From Flavobacteriaceae bacterium (lineage in GTDB: Bacteria; Bacteroidota; Bacteroidia; Flavobacteriales; Flavobacteriaceae): DNA of 32,000 nucleotides. Within the stretch, counting starts at the first letter, position 1. Each line of letters begins with the position of its first letter. The notes beneath the pieces were generated by a model that saw only the letters and a program-made list of their open reading frames with translations, had not been told where the DNA came from and made no database searches. Below are positions 26,541 to 32,000 of the stretch, piece after piece. The position numbers were made by a program, and so were the translations under genes. The stretch is from the NCBI GenBank assembly GCA_965224465.1, contig OZ245049.1:4140001-4172000 (forward strand), given 5' to 3'.

Positions 26541-27752
26541 ATGAATAAATTAAGTAAACTTACATTATTATTAGGTATTTGCATCATACATAACTCTTGT
26601 AAAAAAGACGATGAGAATTTTGAAACAGCTAAAGGTGAAATTGCCATTGCAACATCATTGGTAAATCCAGATGGGTTTTCAGGAAGTTCTTACTTGCAGT
26701 TAATAAATGATTTATCGCCGCAGTCTTATGATAATAAAACAGCATATCCCATTTCTTTTGGTACACAACCCAAAATGATAGGAGAAAACATCTATGAATT
26801 GCCATTTTTTGGTACTGCTGTAATTAAAAAATATACAAGAACAAGTACAAAGGATTTAGGTGGTATTCAAGAATTGATTATCGATGCAAATTCACATCCA
26901 ACACAAGTATGTATTCAAAGTAAAACCAAAGGGTACATCACCTTGTTAGGGAAAGGAAAGATAATTATATTTAACCCAGAAACGATGGAAAAAACAGGTG
27001 AGATAGATTTGAAAGAGTATGGAATTGGAGATGAAAATCCAGATCCTAGTGGAATGGTTATTAGAAACAATATGTTGTTTGTGGCCTTAAATCAAATGGT
27101 AGGGGGGTATTTTCCAGATCCTAAAAGGGCGAAGTCGGACGTGCTTATTGTTGATACCAAAACAGATAAAGTAATGAAAATGATAACTGAAGAAACTTCA
27201 AAAATATCTCAACCAACAAGACCTGTTGATAGTAAATCTATATTTATAGATGAACATAATGATATTTACATTGTAGGACTTGGTGGTTTTGGAGCATTGA
27301 CTGGTCATAAAGCGGGACTTTTAAGAATTAAAAATGGAGAAACTGAATTTGATAGCAGTTATAAGTTTGTTTTGTCAGATGCTAAAATTGAGGGGTTTGA
27401 ATTCAAAATGAGTTGGGCTGCAGGACTTCAGTATGTAGGGGAAGGGAAGCTCTATGCACTCGTTAATATTCCTGCATTGTTAAGTGAAAAGCCTAACTTT
27501 ATTACTGATAAGAGCTGTGTTGCGGTTGTAATCGACTTAAAAACTCAAACGATTAAAAAATTAAAATTACCCCACGGAAATGGTTATTGTAGTGTAGGAT
27601 TGTACAATAATAAGGTGATGTTTGGTTTGTCTACTGCCAAAGATAGTGGGTTTTATACCTATGATCTTGTTACAAATCAGGCAAGTACAGAAGCGGTTAT
27701 AAAGACCGTAGGAAGTCCTATTTTTTTTAGACATTTCGGCGAAAGATTTTAA
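26541..27752 (+). CDS. Cell-surface lipoprotein partner of the TonB-dependent receptor (possibly DUF4374 / XusB-like)
   Basis: 403 aa with the lipobox LGICIIHNSC. It starts 5 nt after the receptor stop, so the two genes look like an operon. Its size, position and beta-rich repetitive pattern resemble DUF4374 proteins; this is unverified without an HMM search. Confidence 0.5.
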   Translation: MNKLSKLTLLLGICIIHNSCKKDDENFETAKGEIAIATSLVNPDGFSGSSYLQLINDLSPQSYDNKTAYPISFGTQPKMIGENIYELPFFGTAVIKKYTRTSTKDLGGIQELIIDANSHPTQVCIQSKTKGYITLLGKGKIIIFNPETMEKTGEIDLKEYGIGDENPDPSGMVIRNNMLFVALNQMVGGYFPDPKRAKSDVLIVDTKTDKVMKMITEETSKISQPTRPVDSKSIFIDEHNDIYIVGLGGFGALTGHKAGLLRIKNGETEFDSSYKFVLSDAKIEGFEFKMSWAAGLQYVGEGKLYALVNIPALLSEKPNFITDKSCVAVVIDLKTQTIKKLKLPHGNGYCSVGLYNNKVMFGLSTAKDSGFYTYDLVTNQASTEAVIKTVGSPIFFRHFGERF

Positions 27753-27984
27753 GTTGTTTTCGAGGAGCTGTTTGAACGATTTATTAGGGGCGGAGTGTAG
27801 CTATGTTGAATTATTATTGACAAGTAAAAGTTAAGATAGCTTAGCGTGTCCTTTGTTATGGTAATTTGTTTTTATAAATAGGTTCTGAAAAAGAAATAAT
27901 ATAGTAGAATATTATAGGTCAAATTACTATAAAGTGTTTGATTGTGAGTCAAGTCTAAAGTAGTAGTGAGTTTTATATAAATAT

Positions 27985-28019
27985 TTAGTGAAAAAGGAGC
28001 TTAATTAGCTCCTTTTTTT
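27985..28019. repeat. Direct repeat copy 2: duplicated nadB 3' end plus terminator hairpin
   Basis: The sequence ttagtgaaaaaggagcttaattagctcc-T7 differs from 23001-23036 by one substitution and one T. It still encodes LVKKELN* although no gene runs into it. It also serves as a hairpin between convergent genes. Confidence 0.85.
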
Positions 28020-28025
28020 ATAGTT

Positions 28026-28433
28026 CTATTTTAGAATGTCCGAAATGTTTGGTTTGAAATAATTGGGGCCTTTAAGAAGTTTCCCATCTGCACGTAAAAT
28101 AGGTTTGCCGTCTGCTCCAGCTTTACTCATATTACTTCGTTGAATTTCGTCAAATACGTCTTCTATCTTATGTTGTAAACCATGCTCAAGTATGGTGCCG
28201 CATAAAATGTATAACATGTCTCCTAAGGCATCAGCTACTTCTACTAAATCTTTGTTTTTTGCAGCTTCTAAATATTCGTTATTTTCTTCGTTCATCAAGT
28301 CAAACCTAAGTCTTACCTTACTGTCTGAGAGCGCTGCTGTAGGTGATTCATTTATTCCTAAACCAAATGTTGAGTGAAATTTATGGACGGCCTTTAATTT
28401 GTTTTTCATTTTTTGAAGTGTTTTTTGTTGCAA
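28026..28433 (-). CDS. MazG-like / phosphoribosyl-ATP pyrophosphohydrolase-like nucleotide pyrophosphohydrolase
   Basis: 135 aa and all-helical. The acidic motifs are MNEENNEYLEA (ExxE) and EVADALGDMLYI, followed by FDEIQRSNMSK. This is typical of MazG-type NTP-PPases. Confidence 0.7.
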   Translation of the reverse strand: MQQKTLQKMKNKLKAVHKFHSTFGLGINESPTAALSDSKVRLRFDLMNEENNEYLEAAKNKDLVEVADALGDMLYILCGTILEHGLQHKIEDVFDEIQRSNMSKAGADGKPILRADGKLLKGPNYFKPNISDILK

Positions 28434-28463
28434 TATTTATTTTCTGAACTCATTAAACAAGGG

Positions 28464-28493
28464 TTGCTGCTGCTTATTTTTTAAGTACATTTG
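28464..28493 (+). promoter_or_regulatory. Canonical Bacteroidota promoter TTG-N19-TACATTTG
   Basis: TTG is at 28464-28466, the spacer is 19 nt, and TACATTTG at 28486-28493 matches TAnnTTTG exactly. The motif ends 18 nt upstream of the ATG at 28512. Confidence 0.55.
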
Positions 28494-28511
28494 CCAGAAA
28501 TACATTTATTC

Positions 28512-28697
28512 ATGTTTAGTACTGGTCAACTATATTTTGCTGTTTTTTTTATTATTGGATTTGTAGCCATTTTAATATGGACGTATCGCAAAGATCTAAA
28601 ACTACATAAAATTCATTATAAAAACACCTACATAATCGCTCTTGCCGCGATGGCTGTTATAGGATTGTTTACAATCATTACTTTTTCTCTGCATTAA
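28512..28697 (+). CDS. Small two-TM membrane protein (61 aa from ATG 28512)
   Basis: The product is MFSTGQLYFAVFFIIGFVAILIWTYRKDLKLHKIHYKNTYIIALAAMAVIGLFTIITFSLH. It has two hydrophobic helices with a basic loop and is preceded by a consensus promoter. The track start at 28491 (TTG) lies inside the -7 box, so it is unlikely. Confidence 0.45.
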   Translation: MFSTGQLYFAVFFIIGFVAILIWTYRKDLKLHKIHYKNTYIIALAAMAVIGLFTIITFSLH

Positions 28698-29617
28698 GGA
28701 TTTATAAAAACTTCGGTTTTGTTGAGTGAATCGTGATCTAAGACTGTAAACCCATTGCTGTCAAATGTAGTGGAAGGAACAAATTTGACATTGCAACTAA
28801 GTTCTTTAGCTGTATAAGAATGCATTTGATATACTTGCTGAGCAAACGATTCGTCAAAATATTTTACCAATACATACCATTCAATGTCCATATTTTTAAG
28901 GGTCTCAGCTTTGAGCTCAAATAAAGGGCTATCGGGTGCTATTTCATGTACAATAGTCCAAATAGTGGGCAAGTACTTTATATGACTACGTTCTAAATCT
29001 AGTTGGTAGTATTTGCGCTTGTATAGGGTGTTTTTATCAGCGCTAGAGATGGACATCATTACAGATATTTCGGGTTCTATCATAATGGTAGTCCTGTTAT
29101 TCATCAAACGGAACATTAGAGCCTTTCCATTATTAAAGGGTCTTAAAATAATGTTTTCACTAAAATTGATAGATGCATTGGGTTTAGAAAAACGTCCGTA
29201 AAGTATTCCTGTGATAAAAGCAAAACCTAAAAGTCCAATCAGTGCTTCGATACTAGAAATTAAATTGGACCACATGCCATGAGGAGAAATACCACCATAT
29301 CCTACGGTAGTTATAGTTTGAGCGCTAAAAAAGAAGGCATTTAAAAAATCATCGAATGTGTTTCCTGTACTCGGAGTTAGCTCGTTGATACCTGTTGATA
29401 AATAGAGGAGTGCAAAAAAAGTATTGAGCGCAATATAGCTTAGAAATACAAGTCCTAAAAACTGCCCCCAAGTTATATGTATTAAATAGGAGTAGGTGTC
29501 TTGAGGACTAAAAGTTTTGTTTTTGTGCAGCACATTGCTAGTTCCGTTTTTATTGATGAGCCTCTTAGCGTCTCGTTTATTTGCGTAACCAAAACCAGGG
29601 TCTTTTATCTTTTTCAT
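28694..29617 (-). CDS. Inward-rectifier-type potassium channel (KirBac family)
   Basis: 307 aa. It has two TM helices flanking a pore helix with the K+ selectivity filter TITTVGYGG, followed by a beta-rich cytoplasmic domain of Kir C-terminal size. Confidence 0.85.
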   Translation of the reverse strand: MKKIKDPGFGYANKRDAKRLINKNGTSNVLHKNKTFSPQDTYSYLIHITWGQFLGLVFLSYIALNTFFALLYLSTGINELTPSTGNTFDDFLNAFFFSAQTITTVGYGGISPHGMWSNLISSIEALIGLLGFAFITGILYGRFSKPNASINFSENIILRPFNNGKALMFRLMNNRTTIMIEPEISVMMSISSADKNTLYKRKYYQLDLERSHIKYLPTIWTIVHEIAPDSPLFELKAETLKNMDIEWYVLVKYFDESFAQQVYQMHSYTAKELSCNVKFVPSTTFDSNGFTVLDHDSLNKTEVFINP

Positions 29618-29667
29618 TGTTCTACTGTTTGTTGGGATTTGTTAGCTCCGATATTCTGGTGTTGTTT

Positions 29668-29702
29668 AACACTATTTATATCGGTTATTTTGGATTTGGT
29701 AT
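29668..29702. repeat. Partial copy (module C 3' half) of the dispersed repeat family
   Basis: The sequence aacactatttatatcggttattttggatttggtat matches the ctatttatatcggt.attttggatt core of the other copies. It lies 51 nt upstream of the Kir gene start. Confidence 0.6.
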
Positions 29703-30052
29703 CAATCCCTTATTGAGGGTTTAATTCTCCAAAAATTGGTTTCGAAATAAAAATAGTATTTGGAAGCATGCTTCATTTATTTGCGATGAGTTTTTGGTCT
29801 TTAAAACCTCTTTATTTATCTGAATAAACTAAATATAGGTAAAATTTAGATAGGAATTGTTGTTTTTGTATGCAAGGAGCATTTGTCCTTAGAAATAAAT
29901 AGTTTTTACACTATAGTTATTGTGTTTATTTACAAGTAGGAAGGGTGCTGTTTTGTGAATTGTTTTTTGATTGGTGTTGTATGGAGGATTGGATTCCCTG
30001 TGATTTTTCTTTTAAAAAAATAATTTCGAGTTGTAATTCATTCCTTTTTATC

Positions 30053-30098
30053 AAAAAAAAACCTGCTAAGAATCAAAGATTCAAGGCAGGTTTATTTT
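30053..30098. terminator. Long interrupted hairpin with flanking A/T runs, likely the terminator of the DPP III gene
   Basis: The sequence is A8-cctgc-taa-gaatc-aaa-gattc-aag-gcagg-tttaT8. It lies 13 nt downstream of the stop of the minus-strand gene. Confidence 0.6.
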
Positions 30099-30110
30099 TT
30101 TTAAAGAAAC

Positions 30111-32000
30111 TTAGTTTACACTAGGTAGTGTCGCATAGTTTTTAGCGTAGTACAACATCTGAGTTGTAAAATCAGCTTGTTGAGTTACTTTGATATCGGT
30201 AATGTTTCCGTCTTTATCTTTTACAGGAACCAATACAGGGTTGATAAAACCACTATAAGGAGCTGATTTAAATTGACTGTTACGTTCCAGTACTTCTTTG
30301 TGTATCGCTTGGTCAACTTTAACTCCGTAGGTTTCTACCAATGCTTTTCCTGCTTCAAAATCTCCTTCAGATTTGATGCGTTGAATTTCACGTAATAATT
30401 CACCAAATAAAGTTTGTAATTTTTTATAGTCTCTAATTACAAAATAAGTTTTATTGTTTTTTATTACTTTTTCAATTACAGTGTCTTTAGCTCCTTTTTC
30501 AAAAGCCCAAGCAGCTACCAATTGACGGTTACGCATGTGTGCTTCCTCAATATCATCCCCCAATTTTAAACGGATTAATTGTGTTAGCAATCCATTTCTG
30601 ATATAGGCGTCAAAGGCTGCTTTTCCGATGCCTTCAGCATTAGGAGAAACACCTAGTTCTACCAGTTTTTTATTTGGTAAATAGTAGAGCCCTACTAAGT
30701 CTGCACGTGCTTCTTCTAAAGTAGAAGCATAATTTTTCATGGTTTGTTTTGGTTGACCTACCCCTGGGTTTATTTGCCCACTTGCATGTCCAATAACTTC
30801 GTGAAGGGAGGTATGTAGCTTGTCTGCTAACTGTCCGTATTTTAACTCTGCATCAATTTCTGCTTGGTCAAAAGCAAATTCTTTTAAACGTCCAGAACCA
30901 CCAGCATTATTGTATGCATTAATAATGTTTCCAAGAGAAACTGACTTTGATCCATGGTGTTGACGGATCCAGTTATTATTTGGTAAATTCACTCCAATAG
31001 GTGTAGAAGGAGAAGAGTCTCCAGATTCACCTGCAGTATTTACAGTTTTGTAGGAAACTCCTACAACATTTGCTTTTTTGTGATTTGGAAATAAAGGAGA
31101 ATTGTCTTCAAACCACTGTGCATTTTCTGACAATACAGACATTTTTTCAGACATGTCAAAATCTTTGATTTGAACTACGGTTTCGTAAGAACCTCTAAAC
31201 GCTTTTGGATCATTATATACTTCAATAAATCCATTTATGATATCAATAGAAATGTCAGTATTGGTTGCCCAAGCGATATTGTATGCGTCCCAAGTTTTAA
31301 GATTTCCTGTTTTATAATAGCTGATTAATAGGTCAAAAGTATGTGCTTGTTCTTTGTTTTCTGCAACTGTTTTTGCTTTTTCTAACCAAGTAATAATTTT
31401 GTCAATAGCTGCTCCGTACATGCCTCCAGATTTCCAAACTTTTTCTTCAAAAGATCCATCTGCATTTTTTATTAATTTTGAGTTCAGTCCATATTCAATG
31501 GGTGTAGCATCGTTTTTGTCCATTTTAGAACTGTAAAAAGCATCAATGTCTGAGGCTGTTACATTCGGAGAGTAGAAGTTAGAAGCGGATCCTATTATAA
31601 GTCCTTTTGAAGCATCTAGATTTACTTTTTTAGCATCTTTATTGTTAAACAAAACGTCAAAAGCTTCTCCTTTCAATATTGTATTGGTTTCTTTTAATAT
31701 ACCAGATAAGTATTCGGCGGAAAATGCAGGTACAAATTTAGCATTTGAATAATGATGGTGGATGCCATTGGCAAACCATATTTTTTTTAGAAAAATCTCG
31801 AAATTTTTCCAGTCTTCAGAAGTTTTGTCCCCTTTATAAGTGGTGTAGACATTTTCTAGTGCTCTTTTAATGGTCAAATTGTGACGGTAGTTTTGGTCAT
31901 AAATAATTTCACGTCCTTCATAACCTGCTTGGGTTAAAAAGTAAACCAGTTTTTTTTGGCGTAAGTCTAAAGCTTCAAATCCTGGGATTTGATACCTTAA
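30111..32000 (-). CDS. Dipeptidyl-peptidase III family metallopeptidase (M49), 5'-partial (continues past the window end)
   Basis: The zinc motifs are HEVIGH (HExxGH) and EEARADLVGLY (EExRAD). The frame stays open upstream of the track start: translating 31878-32000 gives LRYQIPGFEALDLRQKKLVYFLTQAGYEGREIIYDQNYRHN, which continues into LTIKRALENVY. Confidence 0.85.
   Translation of the reverse strand, partial: LRYQIPGFEALDLRQKKLVYFLTQAGYEGREIIYDQNYRHNLTIKRALENVYTTYKGDKTSEDWKNFEIFLKKIWFANGIHHHYSNAKFVPAFSAEYLSGILKETNTILKGEAFDVLFNNKDAKKVNLDASKGLIIGSASNFYSPNVTASDIDAFYSSKMDKNDATPIEYGLNSKLIKNADGSFEEKVWKSGGMYGAAIDKIITWLEKAKTVAENKEQAHTFDLLISYYKTGNLKTWDAYNIAWATNTDISIDIINGFIEVYNDPKAFRGSYETVVQIKDFDMSEKMSVLSENAQWFEDNSPLFPNHKKANVVGVSYKTVNTAGESGDSSPSTPIGVNLPNNNWIRQHHGSKSVSLGNIINAYNNAGGSGRLKEFAFDQAEIDAELKYGQLADKLHTSLHEVIGHASGQINPGVGQPKQTMKNYASTLEEARADLVGLYYLPNKKLVELGVSPNAEGIGKAAFDAYIRNGLLTQLIRLKLGDDIEEAHMRNRQLVAAWAFEKGAKDTVIEKVIKNNKTYFVIRDYKKLQTLFGELLREIQRIKSEGDFEAGKALVETYGVKVDQAIHKEVLERNSQFKSAPYSGFINPVLVPVKDKDGNITDIKVTQQADFTTQMLYYAKNYATLPSVN

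Noticed and set aside
29763-29774. Perfect 12-bp palindrome gaagcatgcttc upstream of the Kir gene
   Set aside because: It occurs only once, and roughly one such 12-bp palindrome is expected by chance across the intergenic DNA of a window this size. There is no partner site or obvious regulator.
1-32000. Search for tRNA, rRNA, tmRNA, RNase P and common riboswitch signatures
   Set aside because: No T-loop (GGTTCGAATCC-like) context, no GAGGAAAGTCC RNase P motif and no rRNA-like stretches were seen by eye. A covariance-model scan is needed to exclude them formally.

Overview
Low-GC chromosomal segment that looks like a Flavobacteriaceae (Bacteroidota) genome. The evidence is several TTG-N19/20-TAnnTTTG promoter matches, no obvious Shine-Dalgarno sequences, frequent TTG starts, and gene families typical of Bacteroidota; this placement is inference only. 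Most of the window is housekeeping: rimM (5' partial), a TrmN6-like tRNA methyltransferase, saccharopine dehydrogenase, pckA, aminopeptidase P, an NADP-aldehyde dehydrogenase with a divergent AraC regulator, hemW, ruvC, mnmD, ilvE, nadA-nadB, a KirBac-type K+ channel and an M49 dipeptidyl-peptidase III (5' partial at the window end). No rRNA, tRNA or CRISPR was seen. Two accessory patches stand out. (1) Positions 1208-4483 hold a free-standing NUMOD4/HNH endonuclease-like gene, a composite array of a ~105-110 bp repeat family, and a complete 2007-bp IS66-family element (tnpB+tnpC) with GTAAGCG-type inverted repeats and a perfect 8-bp target duplication. More copies of the repeat family lie at 18.5 kb and 29.7 kb. 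(2) Positions 23001-28019 hold a ~5-kb AraC + TonB-dependent receptor + lipoprotein cassette. It resembles the XusA/XusB xenosiderophore locus and is bracketed by two near-identical ~35-bp copies of the nadB 3' end plus terminator hairpin, which marks it as an inserted islet without any recombinase gene. Smaller signals are two identical 17-bp palindromes upstream of pckA, a 569-bp ORF-free gap, and two small membrane ORFs missing from the ORF track or mis-started in it. I see no clear multi-gene defence or other novel system; the dispersed repeat family and the repeat-bracketed islet are the least explained features.
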